Assembly: GCF_009914755.1 (NCBI RefSeq)
Contig: NC_060929.1
Strand: one strand, 5' to 3'
Source of the DNA: the human T2T-CHM13v2.0 reference genome, Homo sapiens
Length of the DNA stretch: 64,000 bases
Shown here: piece by piece, positions 13,701 through 28,983 of the stretch
Layout of the letters: each line of letters begins with the position of its first letter
Numbering within the stretch: the stretch's first letter is position 1
Notes under the pieces: generated by a model
What the model saw: only the letters and a program-made list of their open reading frames with translations
The model's database searches: none
What the model was told of the DNA's origin: nothing
Position numbers and translations under genes: made by a program

Positions 13701-14199
13701 TGACAGGAGAAACATCTGATCTCAAGGCCTAAAGAACCTCCCAAGCATAACAACAATGTATAAAATGCTAAGGCTCTCCCACTTTCTCACTGTCAAAACA
13801 TTAAAACTAATTGCCCCCAGGCTCCTTGATTATCTGCAACCCAACTGCTTCTTTGACCACTTGAAAAATGAACAGGCTCCTCCAAGGAGGTTTGTTTATA
13901 GGAAACGAAGGAATTATTGCTGAGTAGTTGCTGGCCTATTTACAGTACTCAGGCCTCCTCTTGGGCCCCGATGCTCTCTGATCCCAGGTTAGTGGCTAAG
14001 CAGCGGTCTTGTCGCATTTCCTCACTTATATAACCACACGTTTTGTAAACATTTTTTCTCCCTTGGGATAGAAAGACAACATTTTTTATTGTTTGACCTT
14101 CTGCAGATCACTGAAACTTGCTGAACTTAATTTCCTCAATTGTTTACTAAAAATCAACAATATTAATGCCTATCTCAAAGGGTTTTTGACAATGAATCA

Positions 14200-14700
14200 A
14201 AAATTGAGTATCTCCTTTAATGGTATTGATATTCTGGTTGGAAGGGGACAAACTATAAATAAGGAAATGACTATATAAGATGCCAGGTGATGAGAAGTGC
14301 TATGGAGAAAAATAGAGCAGATGCTGGAGAGAATGAGGTGGGGTGCTATTTCAGATCAAGTAAACAGAAGGTCACCACAGGACAGTGACATCAGCAAGTG
14401 AGTTCTGGAAGAAAATGCTTGAGATGGACTAAATAGCATAATGGTGTGTGCAAAGGCTCTGAGGTTCCGAGTGGGATTGGCTTGTTGGAAGGACAAGAAG
14501 GAGGCTAGTGTGGTTGGAACTCAATGAGTAAGGGGGAGTTGGTGGGTTAGTCATGGGGGGTGGCATTCACACCATAGAGAGCCTTATAGGCTTTGGCAAG
14601 AATTATAGATTTTATTCTAAGCTCAGTGGAGAGCCATGGAAGTCTCTGGGTGTGCCCGTGGTGTGACGTGATCTGATTGACTCCAAGGATCTCAGCTAAA
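14200..14700 (-). mobile_element. L2 LINE fragment
   Basis: ggtgatgagaagtgctatggagaaaaatagagcag...tgcaaaggctctgagg...ttttattctaag...ggagagccatggaag. Confidence 0.8.
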
Positions 14701-16154
14701 GATGGATAAAAATATTGGCTAGTAAACTCCTGAGGGTTGGATTGCAAGGGGCTTTGCGGCCAGGCCCTGAAGAAGCAGTAACACCAGCAAGCGCTGAAGG
14801 GAGGCCCAGGCTTTGACCCTTTAAAATGAACTGTTCCTGCAAGACACCATTAATAAGACCCTGAGAGGTAATCTACAAGAAAAGAAAATCCCTGAAATAT
14901 TGTGAAATTGCTGAAGGAAAACTAAGTTGCAGATCAAAAGTAAGATGAATTCCTCTCTTGTAACCAAGAATTTTTACCATTTTTAGTGTTGGGAGCCAGA
15001 AAAGGAATGATATTAATTATGGAAAATAAGGAGTAGAATTATTATTAGTAGTAATTGTCCACCTGAGTTGTAATGGGTAAATTTTGACCCTGAGAAAAAT
15101 CATAAAGCCTTTGGCAGTGTGTCTAGGCATAGGAAGTTACCTTAACATGAATGTTACCACTTTAGTTCCTATACCAGGGGTGAAAGAATGGGATGACAAA
15201 AAGATGACACCACTTGTCACCACTTGTCCAGGGAGCAAGTGCTTTTGTGATAGTCATAACTTCCAGAATTAGGTCTCATCAGTGTCCTGTTCTTCTAACT
15301 CACAATCAAAGGGTGCCGGGAAGCCTATCTGAAGTCCTTGCTTCTCTGTAGCAGCAATGCAGTGCCAGGTAAAACAAATTAGTAGGACAGGTCAGGAAAC
15401 ATCTATCATATTAGGAAAGTCATTTGTTACCATGGACAGAGACCATCACCCCACTATCCTCTTGCCCTGGCTAAGTTCCAGGCTGTAATCACATGCCGTC
15501 TCCCCATAAATCCCCATGCAGCTTTTGCAAGAGAAGAAATTGCTGCTTTTCTCTAGTTCTCCGCACATGACTTCTTTGCTGTCCTTGGAATTAGTACTTG
15601 AAAGAAGGTGGGCATTTATAAAATGTTGCCAGACACCATTCACTACGTACATTTTTAGGTCATCTCCAAGCCAGGGAATAACCTTCTTCTTTCTGTGTAA
15701 ATGAGTAGCCTGACTTAGGATCTGATTTCTGTCGACATGATTTTTTTTTCTCACATTAAAAGTTGTGTCTTTGCGGTTTGGACATTGGAAATATACATCT
15801 GTAATTTTCCAAGGAGGTACCAAAACATATTAACTAATTTAAGGTGCTCATATCTACATTTTTAAACTTGATACTTAAGAACAAATCTCAGAGCATTGCG
15901 TTGGCGCCATGCTAAGTGGGTCCTAGAAGAACTAATAGCATTTTAATTTCAATCACTGAGGACTTGGTTAACGCAAGCTTATGACACTCACTAAGGGATA
16001 AAGTGGATCCATCTACATTAGTCCTACTTGGATATAAATTTCTTTTTCCAAAATGTCTTCTGCTTACCTATGAGCCCCTTGATTTTCATCAATAGATCTA
16101 AACAGCTACATTTTTTAATTAGATTAAGATCAGGGGTAATTTAAGACCTGGGTT

Positions 16155-16425
16155 ATACTAAATATAATGTGTTATCTTGGATTGAATCTTGGAACACAAG
16201 GACATTAGTTAGACATATTGGGAAAATCCAAATAAATCACATTGTTACGGTAACATTTTAGTTAAAAGGTATTGTGCAAATGTTAATTTCTGTTTCCTTA
16301 AATGTAACATGCTTATGTAAGATGTTAGCATTAGAAGAAAGTGTGTAATAGGCATACAGTAGCACACTGTATTACTTTTAAAATTCTTCTGTAAATTTTA
16401 AATTATTTTAAAATCAAAATAAAGA
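16155..16425 (+). mobile_element. Ancient L1M (L1MC/L1ME) 3' end
   Basis: tcttggattgaatcttggaaca...aatgttaatttct...tgtaagatgttagcattag...ttctgtaaattttaaatta. Confidence 0.7.
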
Positions 16426-16676
16426 GTTTAAAAATGGGGATGATACTGAGGGGAATGGTTTGGGATCTTCTTGTGCCTTTCAAATCCAACTCTAGTGGCA
16501 ATGTCCCAGGGCACATACAGTTCAATGAGAAGCAACTGTGGGAGAATAATGACAATGGGAATTTCTAGAAGTTATGAAACCCCGGCCATTAGCAGTCAGT
16601 AACCCTAGGGAGTAGGTGCAATTTGATCTGTACTGTACTGGTGAGGAAACTAAGGTTAGAGGAGGGAAATAACTCA

Positions 16677-17010
<334 letters not shown>

Positions 17011-17127
17011 AAATCAGTAGCTGGTGATGATGAAGTCAGAATTTTAGCCTCTGCTCCTTCATGTTACAGCACCTGCTCTCAACCAGGAAGTCGGGAAGCA
17101 TTTGTGTTCATCATGACCATGCCATTT

Positions 17128-17250
17128 CTTAACTGTGATCTTGGCAAATTTCTAAACTTCTCTGGTTTTTCATTTCCTCATTTATAAAATTAGGAGATTG
17201 AGTTTGATGACTCTTAAGACTTCTTTCAGCTCTGAATTCTTGTGATCTGA
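17128..17250 (+). mobile_element. MIR (MIR3/MIRc-like)
   Basis: ctgtgatcttggcaaatttctaaacttctctggt...tttcctcatttataaaat...ttcagctctga. Confidence 0.75.
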
Positions 17251-18764
17251 TGACCTACATATAAAATATCTCTTAATTGAAATGTTACCATTAAACTTTC
17301 TATCAAGTGAAATCCTTTTAAGACTTAATGGGAAATAACCTTTGGATGTGAAGGGAGCTTATGTGACATTGGAGTCCTCATCCACATTTCTTTTTTTCTG
17401 TGAATAATCCTGCCAGCTCCTGATTTCTGGCTAAACATTTAGTGATCCCTGGGAGGTGTAAGCACTTGTAAGAGAATTTTATCATAATAATTTATTATAA
17501 ATTTTAAATGGGAATCTTTAGCATGTATTCGTGTAATTTGTTTTTTTTTTTAACTTGATACATATTATTGGCAGCACAGGAATAAGGAGACATGACAGTA
17601 ATAAGCTATCCTGAAAGTATTTACACATCAGAGTTTGGTTTGTAAGAGTAAAATCACTATGATCTTGCCAAATTTTATATACATTAATCAGAAAAATATA
17701 TTCTAATCATGGATTAACATAAATTTTTGTCCTGTTTACTTGAGTTGTAATATTATTTTAGTAGCCCATTAACTATTTTAAAAAATCTCTGACATAGGCA
17801 AGTCAATATTAAGTAAAATAAAATAATAATAAAGGTAGAGATTTCTGAATCTTGGAAGAAATTTAGCTAATGTGAATAGATTTTTTTAAATGTAAATATT
17901 GCTTGATTATGACCTACTTTATGATATGAAATAAAAATAAATGGACAAAAAATACCACATGTGGACTTGCCAAAAAGATCATTTCCTGGTATGCAGTGTA
18001 AAATTATTTTTAAATGGTTTTTACTAACCTCCTTTGCAGGATTTTGATGATAGCAACAGTGCTTCAATGCATTAATGCACACACAAATATACAAACCCAC
18101 AAATTAATGTCTTTTTGTTCTTAACAAAAATACATGAAAGAAGTAAATAAACAGCTATTCAACTGAAAGGAATAAAATTGAAAAGGAAAATAATGATCAT
18201 TTTTCTAAATGCTGTTACATCCAGGGGAAAAAAAGAGAGAATAAACACAGTTAAGTACATAGCATTTGCATTTGTTTCAATACATAAGTTATCATTTTTA
18301 CATCACTATTTTTATTTATAGAGACATTTTTTATTTCCCCCATTCCAGTGCCCTTTTAAATAATTTTGATGCAGAAAAACCTTAGGGAGATCTTAAAATT
18401 CCCCAAACAATGTTAAATATCTAAATATGTTTTCTTTTCTTTAGAATAATGAAGTAATAACTTCTTGTTATACTTACCTTGACCTTTCATGCTTATCCTT
18501 TTGATAGTAAATTAAAAAAAAAACACTGTATCTATAGTTTTTTTGATGATGGTCCAATCATATGGAAAATTAAGTTTTTTATATTGCACCTGCAATTACT
18601 AATTATGTGACTTATAAAGTCAGGAAACCTGTGTGAGTCCCAGTTTTCATACACATACAATGAGCATAATTATTCCTGTTGAATTTACATCAGTGGCTTC
18701 ATAGATTTAAAAACTCATTGTAAAGTATACAGATCTATATTCTGGGCAGTTAGGGAGTTCAGTC

Positions 18765-19700
18765 TTTTACTATTTATTAAGTGTTTACTATGTGCTGGCT
18801 GCCGCATTCATGGTATAGCAGTGAACAGGCAGAAAATGAATCTGAGGGGTGGAACTCTAACTATGGAAGACAACCAAGGAAAAATAAAATAAGGTACTTG
18901 CAGATGAAGATAAGAACTATAAAATAAATTGAAGTCGGTAGAGGGGAGAGGCTTACTTTAGATAACAGGTTGCAGGAAGCCTCCCTGAGAATGTGCCTGT
19001 TAAGAGCCAGTGGTAAAGGAATCTAAGGAAATGGCTTTCCAGTGGAGGAACCAGCCAAGTGTGTATAAAAAGAAACAAACAGTAGGTCATGTGGCTGGAG
19101 CATGGTGAACTGTGGGGAACAGGGCCATGAGAGAGAGTAAGAGAGATTGGAAGGGGCCAGATCAAGCAGGGCCACCTGTGCTGCGCTGTTTCAGATTCCT
19201 AGATGAGCTTTGTGATGATCTGTGTTAAGGATTGCAGTTATTTCATCCAGGTTCCCAAGAGCAAAGTACAGAGATGAGACAGTTGGTGCTCCTGGTTTGT
19301 TCAAGAATTATTTTCTATTAATGCTTTCTTTCACAACAGCCACAATATAGGGTTATGGTACATAAAGTGAGGGCAATGAGAATGGGAGGAGCAAGATCTC
19401 CACAGTGTTCTGAAGGACCCACCAAGGGGACTTCATAGTTGTCTATGTGAGTGATAGGAAAAAGATGTCAAATAAGACTTCATGGTTTCTTATCTGAAGT
19501 TCCAGAAAAAACATTGATAATGGTTGAGGCTATAAGAACAGAATAGCTCTAAGGGAGAGAGAACGTAAGTTATACATTCTTACAGAGATGATAAGTTATA
19601 ACTGAAAATGGAATCTTAGATAATGTCCACTGTCAGTGGTTTGGGAATAGGATTTTAAAAAAAAGATCAAAATGTAAGCAAGAACAGTAAACTTACTAGG
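18765..19700 (-). mobile_element. L2 LINE fragments
   Basis: tatttattaagtgtttactatgtgctggc...atagcagtgaacag...gtggctggagcatggtga...ggccagatca. Confidence 0.7.
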
Positions 19701-20809
19701 AGAGATAAATGAGTCTAGGGAAAGAGTAAGATTTAGTTATGAGGAGATATATTACATGAAGCAATAGTATAAAGTCAACTGAAGAGAGATTCTTGAATTC
19801 CAGTAACACCAACTTAATTGGTAACATAGAATTGATTTAATAGGTGAATAGAGAAAAGAGACTGTAAAAATAACCAAGAATATTTATGGTATTTAGGATG
19901 AATTGCTAAGTATTAATTAGTCATATAATTTTGAATTTTCCTAATACATAAGTACTTGTTCAAGGGTTAACTATGCCTGTCAGTTACTTTTGAATGTAGA
20001 AAAAAAGTAGTAAAATAAATAGTAAAATATGAATTGATGAAATAGTGGAAAAAATTTACAAATTTGCCTGGCTCTTATTTTGTGAGCGCACTCTACTTAG
20101 AAAAAAAAAATATTCGTGTACCTTAACATTTACCAAATCACCAACTACACCATATTTTACCTCTTAGTCTCATCTCTGTTCTACACTCAGAGCCAATTTT
20201 TATCAATCCCATTCTTTACTTAGCCTCTTGCAAAGAATATTATGCAAAGTATAATAATTAACCTAGGAAAATGTTTTCTAAGATATTGTTACTCAGTGGA
20301 AAATAAAATACAATAAGGAGTTTCCAGTTTTAATTTATCTTTTGAAAAATAGGGAGTCAGTAACTACTTGTGCATAAAAGAAAAATGGAAATATACTCCA
20401 AATAAATTCACTTGGAAGTCATGGGCTTTTAGAAAGACATGCTGTTATTTTGACTTCTGATGAAGGTCAATTAATATAATTGTGATGGTCCTAATCAATA
20501 ATAACAAAAGTAAATGTGATTATATTTTAAGAATACAAAATTACGGTACCCTAAATTAAGGAGTAAAGATTTATGATCACCTCAGGTGGACACATTCTTA
20601 CCTAAATAAGCATACATGCGGCTATTTTTCTGTGGATCTTTTTTTTTTTATTTTTGGAGTAAGTGAAAGAAGTTACTTGGCTGGTATAGAATAAGTAGAA
20701 TTATTGCTCCATGCCAGATTAATGGCATTCAGAAAGTTGCTTGCGATTTTCAAAGTTTCTCTTGGTTTTAAGTTAGTGTAGTGCAGTATGGAACTCAGCT
20801 AATATACTT

Positions 20810-20811
20810 TG

Positions 20812-20842
<31 letters not shown>

Positions 20843-20854
20843 TTGTGTGCGTGT
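20810..20854. repeat. Interrupted (TG)n microsatellite
   Basis: Read directly. Confidence 0.95.
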
Positions 20855-21684
20855 GGTGATCATGGCCACAGTACTTGCTAGGAGCATGACTGAATCTACT
20901 GAATAGTAGTGCGTTCTCCTATTTTATCAACCCCAGCCAGACAAAACTGTCTAGTTTTTATATTTTAATATGCCAGAGTCAATTCTAAGGGCAAGGTGCC
21001 TCAAGTTATTGGCTTATAGGCTTCGTTCAAATAGCAATGTACTATAGATATGAAGAATGGGAAAAAATAGGTTAGGAATATCTCTAAGGAAAACCTTATG
21101 CCATTTTTTGATATGCTAGGAGATTAAAAATGTTGAAAAGACAAAAAAAGTATTTCTTTCTCTCCCATAGGAAGCTCTGTTCCATTTTTGAAATCCTAAT
21201 TTCTATCTAGTTTCAGTATCTTAGGTGTTTGTGATTTTTTTTTAAAGAAAATGGTGTGTGCTGCTTTGTTTACTTTCAGAAGGTGGTGAAGAGCTCATAT
21301 GTTTATCATTCAATGTAAAATAATAATTATTCTGACTGACTTCACAGAACTTTAGAAGTCTGAGTGCTTTTTAAAATCCTCTGTTGCAGGCTCTAAAAGA
21401 CTCTAACAATATGTTTTATAATTACAGCTGAAAAATTGTTGGTAAATTGCGATTTTGTTTTTTGTAGTTTAAATATCTCTGAAAAATATTCTTTCTCTTC
21501 CAATGTCTACTCCATTTTTTCTTTATCTGCCTTCAGTTTTGGAAAATTACAAAGTGACAAATTGTCAGGGATGAGGATTTTTAAAAGACATAGGGACCCC
21601 TAGTTTTTCTCTAAACAAGAATACATACTTCAAACAGATAATTTGAATGCCAGCTCTAAAACAAACAAAAACAAATTAAGGTAA

Positions 21685-21989
<305 letters not shown>

Positions 21990-22254
21990 CAATTTTGTAT
22001 TTTTAAAAAATTTTTCTGGTGAGCCTTGTGTGCTGGGATCAAGGTAAATCTTTTCTAAATGGTAGAGATATTAATATTTAAAATGGAAAATACCTTGATG
22101 GTCTGAAAAGTGGCTTTTGGGTTTATCTTATTGAGCTAGAGAAATTGCAAATGTAAGCCTTGGAAAACATGGGCACAGCAACTCAAGTTGTTACTTGATT
22201 ATACAGTTCTCCTGAGGGTCCTGTGCATCTCGGGAGCTGTTTGTTTGTTTGTTC

Positions 22255-22490
22255 AATGAGCTATATTAAGGGATAATTTATATACAATGTACTGCATCTA
22301 TTTAAAGTGTACAATTCTATTAGTTTTGACCAACATATCCCCACATGAAATTACCATTGAGATACAGAAAATTTTCATCACCCCCCAAAAGAGTCCTTAA
22401 GTCTTTTTGCAGTCCATTCCCTCCTTTCTAAACAGTCTCCCAGTCCTACAAAACCAGGGATCTAATTTTTGTCGCTGTAGACTTGTTAGG
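22255..22490 (-). mobile_element. Ancient L1M 3' fragment
   Basis: gataatttatatacaat...tttaaagtgtacaattctattagttttgac...ttcatcacccccc. Confidence 0.7.
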
Positions 22491-22599
22491 TAGGGTAGTC
22501 TTAAAAATACCCAATATTTGTTTAATGGGCGGCATTGACCAATTTGACAAGATACAGAGAAAATGAATTTTTTTAAATCACTTGGCAGCATTAAGGATG

Positions 22600-22946
22600 A
22601 GGACTTAATCCATGGGATTTCATCCAATGTATATTGAAAATATAAGAAGTCAAGATGGATTTAATACAGTTAACCTACTGAACATAATAGTTAAGCCTAA
22701 TCTATATCTTAAGTGTGATCAGAGCACTGATGTTAGCCTACAGTTTGGCAGAATGATCTAACAGAAAGCCTATTTTATAATAAAATGTTGAATATCTCAT
22801 GTAATTTATTGAATAACATACTGTGAAAAACTGTGATTGTGTGGGTATTCAAAGTACTGTTTCTACTGAATGCATGTGGCTTTCTCACCACCCCAAAGTG
22901 AAAAAAAAAATCATAAGTTGAATCATTATAAGTTGGGCACTGTCTG
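22600..22946 (+). mobile_element. MER47A (TcMar-Tigger MITE), 5' end decayed
   Basis: aacctactgaacat...ttagcctacagtt...aaagcctattttataataaa...tgttgaatatctcatgtaatttattgaata. Confidence 0.85.
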
Positions 22947-23289
22947 TCTACCCTTTGTGTAACTGAATCGTAACTAAAGAGAATGCTGTTTTGATAATGC
23001 TTCGAGTGCGTCAGCGTGGAGAGAGATTTCTAAGAAAACAGCTTGACCTGTTCTGTTATAATGTCAGTTAATCATGCATGCCAAATGCTTGAAGTTCTTT
23101 GTGCTTTCAGAGCAGGACTATACGAATATAAGAATGCTCACAACAAATCTCTTTTACAAATTAGAGTTATGAGTCTTTATACATATGCATCTCAGGTTAA
23201 TTTTATTTTATTTGTTCTACATATTACACATGCTTTCAATATAATTTTATCTTATAGACAAATGATAAATCTTACCCATTGGGCCTTAG

Positions 23290-23619
<330 letters not shown>

Positions 23620-23849
23620 TAATAGTTTCCTAATAGGTCCAACGCATAGTCACTGTTTTCACTAACAAATACTCTAATCAAGATCAAAGTTAGGTCTTAG
23701 GCTAATAAATGACAATCTCAGAATCAAAATAGGAAAAATGACTGTTGACATGTGACTGACAATATTGTTTTCTGCTTTCATCATTGCTTCCTTATGGTGC
23801 TATTTTTAACATACACATCTAAGCATGTGTTTTATAGACATTTGGGGAA

Positions 23850-24300
23850 GTAAGTAAATGTTTACTATTAACATTTTCTATGTACTTTTGCACTATATAC
23901 ATATAGTTTTTTTCTTAACAAAAATGATTTTCTATCTGTGCTGCTTGGTTTTTAAAAAATCTTATATCCTGATATCATATTTAAAAACAATGAGTGCAGC
24001 TACATGCAATTTTTCATGGCTATATAAAATCCCATTATACGGGTGTACAATAAATTTATTCATTTACGTATTGCAAGATATTTTGTTTCCTTTTGTATTA
24101 TTAAAAAATGTTTCAATAATTCTTGTTGTATATACATAGTTGTATACTTACTGAGTTTGGTATTTTAAAATATCACTTTAAGAAAATCTTAGGGTCAAAT
24201 GATGTGCATATGATAAAGCTTTCAATGCATATTCACAAATTGCCCTCCATATAGATTGTGTAATATATTCCCTTCTCCTCACCCCAATGAATATGTTATA
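23850..24300 (-). mobile_element. Ancient L1ME fragment
   Basis: cccattatacgggtgtacaataaattta...gggtcaaatgatgtgcata...caaattgccctcca. Confidence 0.55.
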
Positions 24301-24309
24301 ATTTTCCAA

Positions 24310-24613
24310 CTTTTTTTTTTTTTTTTTTTGAGACCGATTCTCACTCTATTGCCCAGGCTGGAGTGCACTGGCGTGATCTCGGCTCACTGGAACCTCTCCG
24401 CCTCTGGGGTTCAAGTGATTCTTCTGCCTCAGCCTCCCCAGTAGTTGGAATTACAAGTACCTGCCACCATGCCCAGCTAATTTTTGTATTTTTAGTAAAG
24501 ATGGGGTTTCATCACGTTGCCCAGGTTGGTCTCGAATTCCTCACCTCAAGTGATCTACCTGCCTGGGCCTCCCAAAATGTTGGGATTACAGGCGTGAGCC
24601 ACAGCACCTGGAC
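24310..24613 (-). mobile_element. AluS (Sz/Sx-like) SINE
   Basis: Full Alu with poly(T); CAACTTT on both flanks. Confidence 0.94.
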
Positions 24614-25256
24614 CCAACTTTTATTTATGATACTGCAGTTGGTGAAACATGCAAACCTATAAAAAAATACAAGAGGATATATTCTTCAGAGATGTGGTGA
24701 TGGAAATATTTATAGTATTTTACTTGGAACTGAAGTCAGAAGTTGTAGTTTTTGAGGCAACTTCCTTGCCACATGATCTTTAAAGGGAAACTTAAAGATA
24801 ATGTGCTTCAGTTTTCACCTCTATGAATATATTCTGAGCACAAAAGTATTTTCTATTAATTGTTAAAACTATTAAAAAACTGCAATAGCATTTCCTTAGT
24901 CTGATCACAAACATATACAAAAATTGCTAAGAAATTACAGCAAACCATAATACTTAATGGTGAACTATTAAAAGCTTTTACTCTAAGATAGGGAATGAGA
25001 TAAAGATGCCACCTATCTCATTTAAACGTTGTGCTGTTGATCATAGCCAGTACAATAAAGCAATAAATTAAAATAAAAAACATAAGAACTCAAAAAAATA
25101 AACAAATTTATCAGTATTCACAGCATGATTGTGTAGATAAAAACATTTTAAACTCTGTAGACAAATTCCTATAGTAAGTAATTTTAATAAAAAATCAATA
25201 TATGCTCCAGCTACAAATATTAAGAAAATGAAAATTTAAAATATCATTTATAATAA

Positions 25257-25906
25257 TGGAGGGGCCAGGGGAAAGCTTACCCTCTACCCTCCAAAGATTC
25301 ACTGAAAATGAACTGACAAAAGTCAGATTAATAGGAGGAAAAGGCATTCAACATTTATTTTAACATGTTTATGTACATGAGGGCCATACACAAATTATGA
25401 GACTTGAAGAGGGGCTGGATGATTGAGACTTAAATACTCTCTTCATAGGGAAGAGATGTATGGATTTGGGAGGCACACATTATTTTGTAAATGATTCTCT
25501 TTGGAAGCTGGGTGGGACAAGTTAAGGGGAAGGCAAAGGGTAGAACTGCACAAGAGCAAAGGTAATCTCTTAGAGCTGCTCTCAGAATAAATTAAAAATT
25601 TGTCTGGATGTGATGATGACTCTGTCTCTTCTCTGCTGTTTGTTCTTTCCTGGTTAATTGATGAGATTCCTAGGGAGATGGTCTTAAGACAAATGCATTT
25701 CTTTTGAAAATAAGCTTTCTTAGTGAGATAAAGAAATTCCAGAGTTTCTCTCAGTGCTTTGGGAAGGAGGATCAGAGAGTCAGGGAAGTGAGGAAAGGAC
25801 AGAGAGAAACCTTGGTTCTGAAGCTTATTTCTGAGGCCTTTCATTTTAAAAGCGCTCAGCATGCCAAAGCACCATATTTTGGAGAATTGTTTTCTGCACC
25901 CCAAAA
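25257..25906 (-). mobile_element. MER39-like ERV1 solo LTR
   Basis: Reverse complement starts ...GGGGTGCAGAAAACAATTCTCCAAAATATGGTGCTTTGGCATGCTGAG; 4-bp TSD ataa/atag. Confidence 0.8.
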
Positions 25907-26097
25907 ATAGCATCAGAAAACATCTAATAATTAGCAATACAACTAAGGAAAGAGATATATAATCTCAGTGCTGAAAAATGCAAAATATTACTGAGAGTGA
26001 TTAAGGAAGACCTAAATAAGTGGAAGGCTATACCATGTTCATGGACTAAAAAACTTGCTATCATTAACATACTAATTTTCAAACTGACCCATAGATT

Positions 26098-26772
26098 TTT
26101 CAAATAAAAACAAATCTGAATTTATGTAAAGAGAGACTTTATTCAAAGGGATTATTAAACTAAGGAGAAGGGGACAATTACAATAGAATGAAGGGTACTA
26201 TTACAATAGGGAGAACTCCCCATTCCTAACATTTGCAACCATCTTAAAGGTCAGGCTTTTCTTTTTATAGCGATGTACAGTAAACAAGGCTAGAAAGGAC
26301 TAGGTATGGGGCAGTAGGGCTGGCAGTTAAAGTGAGCAAGGTGATGTGATTAGATAATTGTTCAGGAATTTTTTTCCTTTTATAAGTCAGATGATTCTTG
26401 GAGGGGCCCTTCATTTGGCATGCAATGCTTGTTTAACCATTACAGCAAGTCAATGGTTAGGAGGCTGGAGGAAGGAAAGAAGCCAGACTCAAGTTTAGTT
26501 AAATCCAGTTAGCAGATATTTCATCCAGATTAATCACTAAGTACTAAGAGTTTAGCTAATCATTTATGAGGCAAAGAATGGGAATTTGGAGGATCTGTGA
26601 CTGAGCATGTCATATGTAAACAAGGAAGGCATCTGGGAGTCTTCTCTAAATCATATGCGAGAGGCTTGTTCTTTGCACTAAGCAATTTCCTGGAACTCAA
26701 GGGATGGAGGAGATTTCTTGACCTTTGCTATTTTCTAGGAGCACAGGGCTTTAGGTAAAGTTAACATTGTCA
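26098..26772 (-). mobile_element. MER67-like ERV1 solo LTR
   Basis: Reverse complement starts TGACAATGTTAACTTTACCTAAAGCCCTGTGCTCC, AATAAAGTCTCTC near its end; TSD GATT at 26094-26097 and 26773-26776. Confidence 0.82.
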
Positions 26773-26999
26773 GATTCAATGCAGTCCTAACTAAAATCCC
26801 AACAGATACGTTTGTGGAAATTGACACACTGATTCTAAAATTTATATGGAAATGCAGAGCCAGGAATAGTCAAGGCAGTCATGAAGAAAAAAACAAATCT
26901 GGAAGACTTAACATTGTAAGATATCAAGACCTTTTATAAAGCTATAGCAATTAAGATTAGAGTATTGGCTAGCTTAGGAGCAGAACAGAAAATAAGCTG

Positions 27000-27324
<325 letters not shown>

Positions 27325-27358
27325 TCATCCATTCATATATGGTCACCTGGTTAATGAC

Positions 27359-27903
<545 letters not shown>

Positions 27904-28079
27904 GGTGGAAAAATGGAGTGTCTGAAAAGACTTAGGTAGATTTCAAAGGAGCCAAACATTTGAAGAATTAAAGAGGCAAATAGTTTCAAGAAAAGCAAAA
28001 AGTTGAAAATAGGATGAGATTGAAATCACAGTACCCCACTTGGCCTAGTAATGAACAATATTTACCTAGTCATAATAAT

Positions 28080-28397
28080 ACAATAATAATTATTATTACT
28101 AATATTATCTTTTTTGAGACAGAGTCTTGCTTTGTCACCCAGGCTGGATTGCAGTGGTACGATCTCAGTTTACTGCAGCCTTCACCTCCAGGGTTAAAGT
28201 GATACTCGTGCCTCAGCCTCCCAAGTAGCTAGGATTACAGGCATGCACCACTATACCTGCCTAATTTTTGTATTTTTAGTAGAGACGAGGTTTCACTGTA
28301 TTGGCCAGGGTGGTCTCAAACTCCTGGCCTCAAGTGATCTGCCCACCTTGGCTCCCAAACTGCTGAGATTACAGGCGTGAGCCACAGCACCTCATCC
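28080..28397 (-). mobile_element. AluS (Sz-like) SINE
   Basis: Full Alu; (C)ATAATAAT on both flanks (28071-28079 and 28397-28405). Confidence 0.93.
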
Positions 28398-28622
28398 ATA
28401 ATAATTGTCTTAAAGGCCACATATGGCTACAAATTTAATTAAAAATGTGATGGAACTCTATCAAGAGGAAGGGGAGAGAAAGTAAGTGGGGGTGGCAGAG
28501 TGGCTGGTAATACAAGAGTTCAATCCTCATCTTCTATAGTAGCAAGTCAGTGGATGATAGCTAACTATGAAAAATCAAGAGCAGTAATATAATCATGTTA
28601 ATTGGAAACACAACAGCAAATA

Positions 28623-28983
28623 CAGATGTACCTCAGCTTTCAGTAGGGTTACATTTTGACAAACACATCATCAGCTGAAAATATTGTAAGTTGAAATGTA
28701 TTTAATATTCCTAACCTACCAAACATCATAGTTTAGCCTAGCCTACTGTAAACATCCTCAGAACACTTACAGTAGTCTACAGATGGGCCAAAATCATCTA
28801 ACGTAAAGCCTGTTTTATAATAAAGTGTTGAATATCTCAAATAATTCATTGAATACTATACTGAAAGTGAAAAACATGATAGTATGGGTACTGGAAGTAC
28901 GGTTTCTGCTGAATGCCTAACGCTTTCACACCATTAGAAAGTCAAAAAATCCTGTTGAACCATCATAAGATGGTGACCATCTG
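28623..28983 (+). mobile_element. MER47A, full length
   Basis: TA then CAGATG...CATCTG terminal inverted repeats; typical internal sequence cctaacctaccaaacatcatagtttagcctagcctac. Confidence 0.9.

Noticed and set aside
18022-18040. TACTAAC plus CAG as a + strand branch point and acceptor
   Set aside because: Branch-to-AG distance is only about 11-12 nt and no good downstream donor was seen; the same bases read as a minus-strand donor
25443-25937. Longest ORF in the window (164 aa)
   Set aside because: Lies almost entirely in a MER39-like LTR, non-ATG start, no recognisable domain
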